Assembly (NCBI GenBank): GCA_003568945.1
Contig: BDIP01000070.1
Coordinates: 1 to 34,145 of the forward strand
Source: Kipferlia bialata
Lineage: Eukaryota
DNA length: 34,145 nucleotides
Direction of reading: 5' to 3'
The notes beneath the pieces are model-generated. The model was not told the DNA's origin and searched no databases. It was given only the letters and a program-made list of their open reading frames with translations. A program made the translations under genes and the position numbers. Below, in pieces: positions 1 through 12,295 of the stretch. Each line of letters opens with the position of its first letter. Within the stretch, counting starts at the first letter, position 1.

Positions 1-124
1 TCCCCCTCTTCTTTCCTCTATCTCCGTTTCCTAGCGCCAACATCCATTCCCTCTCTCTTTCTGTCTCTCTATACCCCCTATGTCTCACTCTCAGTTTGAC
101 CTCCCCACAACCTGCTCCAACATG

Positions 125-165
<41 letters not shown>

Positions 166-206
166 ATGTCTCTCTTCTATATAGTTCAATGCACACCTTA
201 CTATAG

Positions 207-1799
207 GCTGACCTCCCCACATCATGCTCCAGCATGTCTGCCACCAAGGAGGGAGACACAGTGCACCTCACAGGTATTGGTATATCTGTATGTATAAGTG
301 TGCATATATATGCATATATACATATATTCATATGCAATTATGTGGGTATATACACTACTTAACTCAGGTGTTGTAACCTCTGGCGACCGTGTAACTAGGT
401 TCTCTCTCACGAAGGGTGCATGGACGCAGGAGGCCCTGCCTTACAAGGTATTATACATATATATACAAAGTGCACATGGTTTGATGTTAATGTTAATTCA
501 GTATGTTATGTATAATATGAATACTCTTTACGCATATATATATATATATCATATATATATATATATATCATATATGAATACTCTTTACGCATATATATAT
601 ATATATATATCATTATACGCACATATATATATATATCATAATGTATATAATGTATATATATACCCAATATGCCGTTAATGTACTTTTGTCTCTATGGGTA
701 CATTTCCACATACACGGCTGCCGTATACACGGAGTTCTGAGAGATAGAGCGGTGACATATGTATATTAATTATAAGTAGACTTTACTACATTTATTACTA
801 TTAAAATTTCTATATTCTTATGCTCTTGAACCCTTTCTTCTCACCTCTAGGCCCCCCACGTGACCTCTCTCTCTCTCTCCACTGGCACTCAGATACTGGT
901 AGGAAAGCTAGAGAGAGTGGCTGTGCCTAGCCGGGGAAGGAGAGTTCCAGGTATGGACTAAGACTTGTATTCATATTTATGTATACGGGATAATATTATT
1001 ATAGTGAAGGAGAGTTCGCGTTGCTACTGCAGCTCCAGGTATGGACTAAGACTTGTGTTCATATTAACGTATACGTGATATTAGAGTGCTTCTTTTTCAT
1101 CAATGTCCCGAAACGCAACTATCGCTAGTTTTCCATAATATTATTGATACTATTAGTATGGCCCTCGTAGAATCATTCATATTGTATTGTATGAATATGC
1201 TCTGCCTCATTATTGTTGTTGTGAATATGACACACCTCTCCTGATTTACACCATAGCTGCTGCCGCTGACCAGGGAGCTACTGGATTCGGTGCTGCCGCC
1301 GCCGCTACAGGTATATACATCTCTCCCTCTCTTATTAGTTAAACCAAGCTGCTCCCGTCGCTACAATACCACTCTCTGTCTCTGCATCGGACCATCCCTA
1401 TACTCTTTGTCCCAACCTTACTATATACTGCACTGCTCTATTCTATTTGTATACACTATATCAATTTACTGTGATATACTGACAATAGGCTTTGGAGCTG
1501 GCGTGCTCTCTCTCTCTCACACACATATTCTATCTATACATATATTTATTGTCTTCCTCAGCCTCTAACTATAGGCTTTGGAGCTGCCGCTGCCAAGCCC
1601 GGGGCCCCAGGTACGTGGATTGGTGTATATAGATAGAAATAGTATACCGACAGATAGATAGTTCGCGCTATCCCCCTACATTACACGTTGTGTTTACAGC
1701 ATCCCATACCTGATGTACTATCACACACCTTACCAATTAGCTGCCCCCGGTGCAAGAGGATTCGGAGGATTCGGTGCTGCCGGAACAGGTACACCTCAT

Positions 1800-1831
<32 letters not shown>

Positions 1832-1991
1832 GGACCGAGACTCGGTAGCTAAGTAGGACACCTCTGACTCCTGATTAACACTTTAGCTGCTGCCCCTGCC
1901 CCTGCCCCTGCCCCTGCCCCTGCCGGTGCGTTCGGTGGTTTCGGTGCCGCCCCAGCTGCTGCTGCTCCTGCAGGTATCTCTCCCTCTCTCC

Positions 1992-2023
<32 letters not shown>

Positions 2024-2574
2024 TATTATTATTATATACATTCTATCATCTTCTATCATTCATGTTTTGATCATGTTCTTATGGTTGTGTTTTACTCAAT
2101 TAGTGTCCCTCATGTAAAGCTGCTGCTCCTGCGTTTGGAGCTGCCCCAGCTGCCGCTGCTCCAGGTATCATTATCTCTCTCTCTCTCTCTTAAGTGATGT
2201 ATTCTCTCTGACATCAGTAGTTCTATAGTATCTATCATTAACGCTTGACACTATATCCTTCAGTGAGTAATACTATATTGGTTTCGTTCAAGTGCACATT
2301 CCTCATCCATGTCTTCTGTCGTTTCTCTTTTCTCTCACCTCACGGGGGCCCAACCTACCGTTACTGCTGCATGTATCTCAGTGAATCATTACTTCTGTCG
2401 TATGTACTATATCTCTCACTTTCAGCCTGGGGCGCCAAGCCTGCCGCTACTCCTAATGCTGCTCCAGCTACAACAGGTATATTATTCTAGTCTACACATC
2501 CCTCGTATTGTAATATCTTGTGTGTAGTATTACACTGCTTAATCGAAGTTGTACATCGTAACCATAGTTGTATG

Positions 2575-2610
<36 letters not shown>

Positions 2611-5600
2611 ACTGTAATTTTATCCTCACTCTCAGGTTTTGGTGCCGCTGCTGCACCAGCTGCCACAGGTGCATTCCATTACTATATCAATTAGTCAATA
2701 TATACTATACTGGTTTCGTTCGAGAACACGTTTCTTCACCACGTCTTTTGTCTTACTATCTTCTCTTATCTCAGTCAGGGGTGCCAAACCAGCCGCTCCC
2801 GCTGCTCCAGGTATACTTTATACAAGAGCAGTACTAACTGGAGAGCTAGAATAACATTGTAAGCTATTTCACTAGTATATTGAGTCTTCTTCCAATCTGT
2901 TTGAGACTCAGAGCTTTACTACATAATCCTTCCTGAGTTGTTGTAATTACCTATCATTAGTCATATGCAATGATTGGTATATACACAATGATCCTCACCC
3001 TCAGCTTGGGGTGCCGTAGCACCAGCTCCAGCTGCCACAGGTATACTATATCACTATATACATACAACCTCTTTCCAGCTATATACGTCTCCACTATTCT
3101 GCCGCGTTGTTGACGGGATACCATATCATTACGCGATACCACATCATTACGCGATACCATATCATTACCGTATGTGAGTATGTGCGTGTATAAATCTTAC
3201 TCTCAGCTTGGGGTGCCAAACCTGCCGCTCCCGCTGCTCCAGCTACCACCGGTATACTATTATACTCTACACATATATCGTATTGTAATATTTTGCGTCC
3301 GGTTTTTAACCGCTTAGTCGAAGTCGTCCCATAGTTGTATATGTATGCGTGCTCTTATTATCCTCACTCTCAGGTTTTGGTGCCGCTGCCGCAGCACCAG
3401 CTCCAGCTACCTCAGGTACCCTTATTCACTATACACAGCGTCCAGACCAATATAGATTTCCTCGTTTCCGAAGTAACATATTATCACATTAGCATGTGAA
3501 GTGTGTGTTGTTAGAGTATACATACATGATTCTCACTGTTAGCATGGGGCGCCAAGCCTGCCCCTTGGGCTCCCGCTTCTCCTTTCGCCAATACAGGTAA
3601 GCTCTTGACATACCTGCACGTATACTAATGGCTCTCGGTCATTCAATGTCTCAATCACTATCGTTGATTGAGCCAAATGGTATTAGCTTCCGACTATTCT
3701 GAGGACAATTTTTGCAGCCCGCATACTATGATTTGTTGCTCCTGTGCACACTCCCTCAATACCATTACTAGCCAGCTTCTGATATACCGTCGGCTGACTA
3801 TAGATATCAATGAGTCTCTCTTACTCACAAGATGTATATCAGTCTAATCCTAAATCCATACATCCATACTTCCTACTAAGACTGTCTAAGTATACGTATT
3901 TCTTTTACGTTTGACTATGATTCATTGTATGTGAATGACTCTAAGGGTTTGGTGCAGCCATAGCGGCACCTGCACCTGCCTATATTATTGACTGAAGTAT
4001 GTGTATATGGTAGTATACATAGTATACCTCACCATCAGCTTGGGGCGCCAAGCCTGCGGTTGCTGCAGCTCCAGCTACCTCAGGTACACTATATCACTCT
4101 TCACAGCATCCAGACCAATATTCATTTTCCTCCTTTCCGACTTAACGTATTATCATATTTAGCATGAAGTGTATTATATTTGAATATACATGCATGATTC
4201 TCACTGTTAGCATGGGGCGTCAAGCCTGCCGCTTCTCCTAAAGCTGCTCCAGCTACCACAGGTATAGTACTCTACTCGACACATCCTTCTAATTGTAATA
4301 TTGTATGTGCAGTATTCTAGCGCTTAGTCGAAGTCCATATGAAGTATATATCAATGTGTCTCTATTACTCACAATGTGTAAAGCGATCTACTCCTAAATA
4401 CATACATACGCTACCAACTAAGAAAACATACTTCTCTTACTTACGAATGACAATGAATGTGACTGTATTTGACTCCAAGGGTTTGGTGCAGCCATAGCGG
4501 CACCTGCACCATCCTCTACTAAGAAGGACACATACACCGACACCACAGAGGATGCCAGTGAGGCAGAGAGTGACACGCCAGTGGAGGACTCAGGTACCTA
4601 TATCTTCATATACTATATGTACTACACTTCTACTTCCTATGTAGTGTGTCAGTATCAGTATTATCATTATAGTTTCTCATCCCACAGGTGACGAGTCGGG
4701 CAAGGAACCAGCCGCCTTCAACTTCGGAGGTATAAGTCATCAATATGATCTCTATAATCTATCCATATATCCAACATGTACATTGGGCGTGATTCTCTTC
4801 AACTTCACAGGTGCACCTCTCGGATACTTTTACATGTTTGACCTTGATAGTGGGACGTATAAAGGTTGATTCTCTCTCATTTTTACTCAGAATAGGTTTC
4901 AAAGTGACTGGGGAGAGTGTGCTGGTACTACCTGCAGGCAAGAAGGCATGGACACCAACCAGGTAACGTGTGTCTATATGTGTGTCCCCATACAAATAGC
5001 ATCTGTACAAATAGTTATATCCATTCTCTCATTTCAAGGCGCCTCCCTGTCCACGTTGGCCCTGCCTCCTCATGTCTTCTGAACCCATACACGTTCATAG
5101 TGGTAGGTATCCAACGTACATATATATACCAGGCATATATACTCTAACTCCTCCAAACATATATAACGTAGAGACTACCATATTTGAGCACAATTGTATA
5201 TATCACACAATCGGCCATATCCATACTGAATGTATGATTACTTTGATATACACACACATCTATACTATCGACCTCTAGGCACCGACCACACTGTTATGGG
5301 TATATCCACTAAGGAGAGACAGAGAGTGCAGGCAGTCAAGGCAGCAGCGGTGGCAGAGAGAGAGAGAGACGAGCTGCTCTCCCTCTTCAAGGACCTGGCA
5401 CCTTCAGCTGACATCCCCTCTCTCTCCCCTGGGTTGCCATGGATAGCACCGGTCAAGGCAGCTCTATCAGAGGTAAATTGTGAACAAATAGAGATTATCC
5501 TTGCAGTGAGTTAATTTCACATCTCTCAAGAATACTCTGACCCCAAGGTTGCCATTCTCAAGGCGGCTAGTGGTCCCTGCCCTGAGTTTCTGTCCTTCAC

Positions 5601-8549
5601 TCCCTCTGACTCCGTTGCCCTGCAGTCTCTGATAGAGGAGGCAGAGGCATTTGACATGGCATCACTCGAGCCCCACATTGAGAGACTATCCAGGTAGATA
5701 TACATATATACGTACATATACATGCTTGTGTTGATGAGTGACGATGGTGAGGCATTTGACATGGCATCACTCGAGCCCCACATCGAGCGTCTGTCCAGGT
5801 AAAGAGTCTATATGTAGACATACACGTTTGTATATGCATCTATTGGAGTTGGTATACCCACACCTAATGCCCTTTGTGACTAAGTGGCGAAAGAAGCAAT
5901 ATGCTGGTGATGTCAGGTATCTACCCGTGGCAAAGAGGTTCGCCCCTAGGCTAGAGGCCCTCTCGAAGTTCCTAAAGGAGCACCCGGAGAGTGAGGTATA
6001 TCTGACATAGTTAGTATATATATATATATATTTATGTCATTTTGTGCGACTACGAGTGTCCGTGTGTGGCTATGTGGCCATAAGAACCTTAAAAACTGGC
6101 ATGTATCTTGTGATGGTGCTTCCAGTCCACTGACTCTCTCTCCCCCTCTAAAGATGTATGTATATTTCATTTGTGTCTGCATTCATGTCTCTCACATCAC
6201 CTTGTCTCTGGTGACGGTGAGTCTCTCTCTTTCTCTCTCTCTCTCTCCCTATTAATGTATATAGTCTATTATCTATCCTCAGCTTGTCTCTGGTGACTGT
6301 GAGTCTCTACTTCTTACCACTATCTATTTACATATATATTAGTAGTAATTGTATAAACATTCATGTATCTCACTCCAGCTTGTCTCAGGTGACTGTAAGT
6401 CTCTTCTGGAGACACTCACAGACCAGTTCAGTGCATTCAAGGTATGGTGCATTTGCAAAGGACCAATATATGGATAGTTTGTGTTGATGTGGCGCGTACT
6501 GTCTTCATATATGTGATGTACTCACAGGTCAGTTCAGTGCATTCAAGGTATGGTGCAATTATGATAACTATTCATTAGTATATATTTGTCAGAGGTAATT
6601 GTGACATCGTGCAATATACACTATATTAACAATTATATGAATTCTTAGACTTACCCATCAGGCCGACCTTGAGACTGTCACCGGTCTGGACTTTGACCCC
6701 CAAGAATCACTCGAAAAGATGCACTCTGCTGCTAAGCTACTCGACTCAATCAGTAGGTATAGAACTATGCGTATTCTTGTATGTACTATCTATCTATCTA
6801 TCTATTTTCCTATATTTCAGAGGTATGAGAGGACTGTGTGCATACATATATACTCAGATTGTGGTGTGTATAACCATGTACTGATATTTCTGATGTATAC
6901 GTATGTCCATATGGAGAGTTCACTTATGACTTAGGACCCGTGTCATCCCCCTCCCCCAGAACACACTGGCCCTGACCCTGGCCCACCAGAGAATGTACTT
7001 CCAGGTATAGAACACAGTAGTATTCAGGATGTTTACGTGAGAATGACTTCTCGGAGACAACTCCCAGGTATTGTGTGTATCACTATAGAGGACACAGTAA
7101 AACCTTTGCAATATACACACAACTGGTCTCATGCAGTTTTTACTATCAGTTTCACAGTCCGGTACAAGTAGTCTAACTCAGGTCAAGGGATTCAACGGCG
7201 GCGTTGCGACACTGTTCGGAGTGGCTGGACCAGTCATAGACAGCCAGGTATGGCGTACATTTATATACATATATGGTTATACATATATGGGTATGGAGTA
7301 TCACATATGTATATATCTCACACTCAGCCTGACAGTGAGGCATGTGTGTACATGCACATACATTTGTGGATATTTAGTATCATGTATGCATATATATATA
7401 TCATCGCAGCCTGCCATTGAGGTTCCTGAGTAGTATTCTGTCACTCATTCATATATACGTATGTGGTAGTAAAGTCTACAGTACATATATATCTCTCTAA
7501 CCCTCAGCCGGCCATTGCGGCATGCATGCAAGGACTGGAGGGTGTGATGACACCTGACACACAGGAGTGTGACTGGGTAACTGAGCAGGCAGAAAAGGTA
7601 TATAGAATATTTAACTAATTTCATATCCAATTATTCATATTCAGCAGGCAGAGAAGGTATATAGTATACATATCTCTACCTAATATCTACCTATTCCATT
7701 ATACTAGTATATTAGTGTATTTATATAGACTCAGGGTGACTGAGCAGGCAGAGAAGGTGTGTGTACATGTGTTGATACATGATATTGTTCATATATGAAT
7801 AGAGCTCTGCTGGACTCATAAGTTTCCAATGTCTAACCGATGTATGATATTTCTTATGTGTCTAATCCCAGCTCCTGGAGGCCCTTGCCCTTCTGGCACC
7901 CAGGCAGGCTGAGGCCAGGACACTGCTCGCTGAGGTATTCATGGTAGTGATATCATCGCTATAGTACCTTTCTCAATAATATATGTACTATTACCATACA
8001 GCAAAACGCTTAGTGTACTGTAATGCCATACACAGGCATCGGCACACTGTTGGAGTTCACAGTACAATGTGATATCTCCCTCCTAACTCCAGTGCTGTGT
8101 CATCAAGAATGTATCCGAGGATGGGGACATTGAGATCTAGATGCCTATATAATATGTGTATATATAGTGTACAACCCCCTACTAACTCTAGTTCACTGCC
8201 ATCAACACAGTGCCCGAGGATGGCGACATTGAGTATGCAGCATATGAGGTGACACGGGTGGAGACACTGCTCAAGAACCCAAGGTAGAATCATATATTAC
8301 ATTGGTCATATGTCAATCTCTCACCCTTAGACAGTCTGCCGAGGCCCATCTCAGGCCCATCTCTCTGAATCACTGCTTGGAATTCAAGTATCCTTAGCAG
8401 AATAGCATATAGTATAGTGTATATGTACAATGTATCTCACAGACAGGCTGTCCGCCCAGCAGAAGGCCCTTCTGTCTGATGAGCTGTTGGTCAACAGGCA
8501 GGCACTGCTGGACATGGAGAGAAGTCAGGTATACGGATGTGTCTCTATG

Positions 8550-8584
<35 letters not shown>

Positions 8585-9439
8585 CTCCCTGTGTATATAT
8601 TGAGTTGTTGGTCAACACACAGGCACTGCTCGATATGGAGAGAAGCCAGGTATATGCATGCATATATGTCTATATATATGTCAGCAATGTTATGTTGGTT
8701 TATGTCCTTGACTGCCAGGCTGACTTCACCCAGTACTATATGTATAGTGTCACATGTACCAGGACTCGTGTGTAGATATATATGCATGGGATCTATCTAT
8801 ATGTATTCATATATGATCCTGTATGATATATACACTGGCGTCTCACTGCCAGGCTGACTTCACCCGTCTCAGTGAGAAGCTGACACCCTTCAGGGAGTTC
8901 CCTGAGGTATTGGTGTTCTAAGAGCCCTCATATACATGCAAGTTACCTTTATATACTCATATGGCTGTGTACTACCACAGGTAGTGACAGCTATTCACAA
9001 GACAGAGCATACTATCACTATTGTATATATAGACAATTAACTCACTCGCATATGACTGTATTCTAACCACAGGTTGTGACAGCACTTGACAAGACAGACA
9101 CTATCTGTATACAATCATTACTGCATACTTTAAATATACACTCGCTTATGACTGTATTCTAACCACAGGTTGTAGCAGCACTTGACAAGACAGAGCCTGA
9201 GACAGAGGGTGACGCAGTGGTGACACCTGAGCAGGTCAACGGCATGACAGGTAAATAGTTATATTTGGCCTTAACTCATACTTGTGAGGAGTCAAGTCTA
9301 TAATAATCATAAATGTGCATAACATAGTTTCTTGTATTATTCGACCATAGTAGAAGTACTAGGAATAGTGTTGCTGACGATAGGCATGATGGTGAAGGGA
9401 GAGAGGACTCCAGAGGCAGAGATATGTGAAGTTGCTTGA
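207..9439 (+). CDS. Multi-exon gene (5' end outside window): kelch-like beta-propeller blades + Ala/Pro-rich FG/WG-repeat tract + acidic linker + helical C-terminal region; possibly nucleoporin-like
   Basis: Hand-spliced GT-AG exons keep one frame. 207-273, 368-447 and 851-950 give ADLPTSCSSMSATKEGDTVHLTGVVTSGDRVTRFSLTKGAWTQEALPYKAPHVTSLSLSTGTQILVG. Repeat exons run 1257-4729. 4896-4962 and 5039-5106 give GFKVTGESVLVLPAGKKAWTPTRRLPVHVGPASSCLLNPYTFIVVG. Further exons at 5279-5472, 5548-5693, 5917-5995 and onward lead to a last exon ending ...EAEICEVA-TGA at 9437-9439. The span includes introns, and the product call is inference. Confidence 0.7.
1257..4729 (+). repeat. Array of about 16 symmetric phase 1-1 mini-exons, most encoding one FG or WG repeat unit
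   Basis: Exons 1257-1310, 1575-1610 (GFGAAAAKPGAP), 1741-1788 (AAPGARGFGGFGAAGT), 1887-1973, 2120-2164, 2426-2476 (AWGAKPAATPNAAPATT), 2636-2668, 2775-2810, 3005-3040, 3207-3251, 3374-3415, 3543-3596, 4039-4083, 4211-4261, 4480-4593 and 4688-4729. All lengths are multiples of 3 and all are bounded by AG/GT. Confidence 0.85.
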
Positions 9440-9725
9440 ATGCCTGAAGATGTATGATCCTGGGTTGTGGTACCAATAGAGAGAGATATTCTGGACCTGG
9501 ATAGATCCATGCAAGAGTCCATAGGATCATCACACTTTTTCATATTTACGATCGCTTCAAGTCACACAAGAAAAACAATCAACCCGTCTGGTCTATTCAC
9601 TCCCGGCACGATAAATATATATGTAACAGTGAGTATATCAACTCACACACACAATGTTGGGTGTAAAGAAACAAAACAGGGACCCAACACAACTGACACA
9701 AACACCTCTCTCTCTCTCTCTCTCT

Positions 9726-10802
9726 CTAGTAGAATGATGGCTTGACCTGGTAGGGCTTCTTGGCACTCTTCTTGGCAGCACCCTGGTGGTGAGAACAAAA
9801 ATGAAATAACTATGCATCTTCTACAAACACATATATGTATAGAGTAGATACCTTCTTCTTGCCCTTCTTGTTCTTGGGCCTGACAAAGTACTGGACAGCA
9901 TATANNNNNNNNNNNNNNNNNNNNNNNNNNNNNNNNNNNNNNNNNNNNNNNNNNNNNNNNNNNNNNNNNNNNNNNNNNNNNNNNNNNNNNNNNNNNNNNN
10001 NNNNNNNATTACATATACATTATTTATAAGACACAAACCTTCTTCTTGCCCTTCTTGTTCTTAGGTCTGACAAAGTACTGGGCGGCATTGTGCTTGGCAT
10101 CGGCAATCTCACTGGAGTTAGACCCTTCTTAGACAATACACATATGTGTGTGGGAATACTATATACATACAGAGATATATGTGTGTGAACATACCCGCTC
10201 TTCCTCATTGTCCACTCTCTGCTCGCTCTCTGTATATTGATCTATCTTTTTGTATATATATCACGAAGCACATCTAGATATTCGGATAATAATTTTGTTA
10301 ACACTAATCATACCCGCTCTTCCTGCGTGTCCACTCCCTGCTCCTGTCATCTGTCAGCAACAGCTCGCCAAACATGTCCTAAGGAGTGAGAAGAACAGTA
10401 AATATGAATATAATTGTACCAATACAATTGTATCAATATACAATAGTGTAAATTGATCAATATACACACCTTGGACTGCTCCTTCTTAGTCTTCCTCTGG
10501 TGGTATCTGTCGGCAGACACCTGGGGGTGAGTAACACTCATGTACTCTAGAGTGAATATATATCAAACACAATGGTGGTAGGATATTGCATATACACCAC
10601 AGTACACTCACGTTGTATGTGCCAAACACTCCCCGCTGTGGGAGGTTCTTCCAGTCAGACTTCTTGTAGTGTCTGGGGTTAAGGTATACATATAGAGAGA
10701 GAGAAAGAGAGAAAGAGAGAGAGAGAGAGGGAGAGAGGGAAGTTCTTCCAGTCAGTCTTCTAGTAGTGCCTGGGGGTAGATACTGAGAGAGATGTGGGGG
10801 GG

Positions 10803-10835
<33 letters not shown>

Positions 10836-12200
10836 TTACCTCGCTGGGTCAATGTATGTCCTCAGGGCCAGCATCTGGAGCTCTCTCTGGGGGTCAGGGG
10901 AGGACACACAGAGATATGTGTATAGAGTACACTGGATAAACTTGATACTCAATACAAGGATGATTCATATATCCCAATCTATATACACAGCTTAGTGTCT
11001 GTCTGGCACACTATCCCCCCCCCCCCTCCCCCTCCCTCCATATATAGAAATGTACTCTCTCTATATACCATCTATCTATATACCTTCGTCTTGTCTGTCT
11101 GATCCAGACTGGGGCACTGACTCCACATGCCTGTCTCTCTCTCTCTATGTATATTATCGCTCTCTCTCGCTCTATGTATATAATTACTAAATATCTCTGA
11201 ATATATACCTTCGTCTTGTCTGTCTGATCCAGACTGGGGCACTGGCTCTACATGCCTCTCTCTCTATCTACATATGTATATATACTCCCTATACATCTAT
11301 GTATATATGTATACATATATACCTTCGTCTTGTCTGTCTGGTCCAGACTGGGGCACTGACTCCACTTGGCTATCCTCTTCTGCCTCTCCTCGGCCTCCCT
11401 AGAGACAGGGGCGGCATTGACATCTAAGGTGAGATATGTACAGTCATATATATATTGAAGGAGAGGGGGAGAGAGAGAGAGAGAGAGTCTCTCCTCTGTC
11501 TCCCTAGAGACAGGGGCGGCATTCACGTCTAGAGGTAAGAGAGGGAGAGATACATAGAGGGGAGAGCGATAGAGAGCGAGAGAGAGGTCTATCCCTCGAG
11601 AGAGGGGAGGCATTGACGTCTAAGGTGAGATGAATTCACACACACATACATATATATATGTGGGTGTATATATGTATATATAGAGAGAGACATGGGCTAC
11701 AATGACATCTAAGGTGAGATGAATAAAGAAAGAAAGAGAGAGAGAGCCACCCATGGAGACAGGAGTCATATTGACATCTGGGTGTCAATAGGGAGAAGAG
11801 AGTTGAAATAGGTATGGCAGAGAGAAGAGACATAAACATCCGGCTGGGGGTTGACATCAAGAAACACATATTGCAGAGAGATGAGAGGAGGGAGGGGGGG
11901 GGGGGTATACATAGGATAGTGCTGAACTATATACTCACATACCTGTGCCCATTGGGAGAGCCTTCTCCAGTGCATATCTGGCCTATAGTATAGAATGGCA
12001 AGAGTAGAGTACAATATAGTGTAGTAGAGTATAGTATACTAATTATAATATATATATATATATATGTACCTGTCCCCATAGGCAATGCCTTCTCCAGCGC
12101 CTGTCTGGCCTCCTCAGACAGTACCCTGGCCTTGGTGGACTCATCTGCCTCCCCCTCACTGTCACTCTCCACATAGTCCTCAGGCTTCACATCGAAGTAG
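9726..12200 (-). CDS. FCF2: Fcf2-domain pre-rRNA processing protein (FCF2/DNTTIP2 family), first exon missing
   Basis: Eight phase-compatible exons: 12200-12070, 11423-11323, 10886-10840, 10672-10612, 10520-10470, 10378-10314, 10111-10039, 9782-9726 (TAG). Spliced product: ...KWSQCPSLDQTDKTKRELQMLALRTYIDPARHYKKSDWKNLPQRGVFGTYNVSADRYHQRKTKKEQSKDMFGELLLTDDRSREWTRRKSGEIADAK...KKGKKK...FY*. This fits the Fcf2 pattern as I recall it: W..P......K.dL..L..R..lDP.RhYKK....lP.....GT......y..R..KKe......ELL. Confidence 0.88.
9905..10007. other. Assembly gap (N run) within an echo-containing intron; further gaps at 20300-20338 and 32628-32639
   Basis: N runs seen directly. All three abut echo copies. 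Confidence 0.98.
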
Positions 12201-12250
12201 CTGGGGTAAGAGGAATATACATAGGATATGTGGATAGAAAGAGTGACTGT

Positions 12251-12295
12251 GGGGAGAGGGAGGGGGGGGGGTGGGGGGGGGGGGGGGGGGGGGGG
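12251..12295. other. Poly-G tract between two divergent, apparently 5'-truncated genes
   Basis: About 45 nt of almost pure G; flanking exons at 12200 (-) and 12355 (+) both begin at splice acceptors in phase 2. Confidence 0.8.

Noticed and set aside
298..678. 126-aa ORF and the many other Tyr/Ile/His-rich ORFs in the track
   Set aside because: They are translations of (TA)n/(CA)n intron tracts, sometimes crossing one real exon, and are not independent genes.
3117..3170. Three 18-bp copies of GATACCAYATCATTAC
   Set aside because: Small intronic tandem repeat with no evidence of function.
6831..6832. Possible 2-nt micro-exon (TTTCAG|AG|GTATGA)
   Set aside because: Not needed: the acceptor near 6934 (TTAG|GACCCGTG) restores the frame (SRTRVIPLPQNTLAL).
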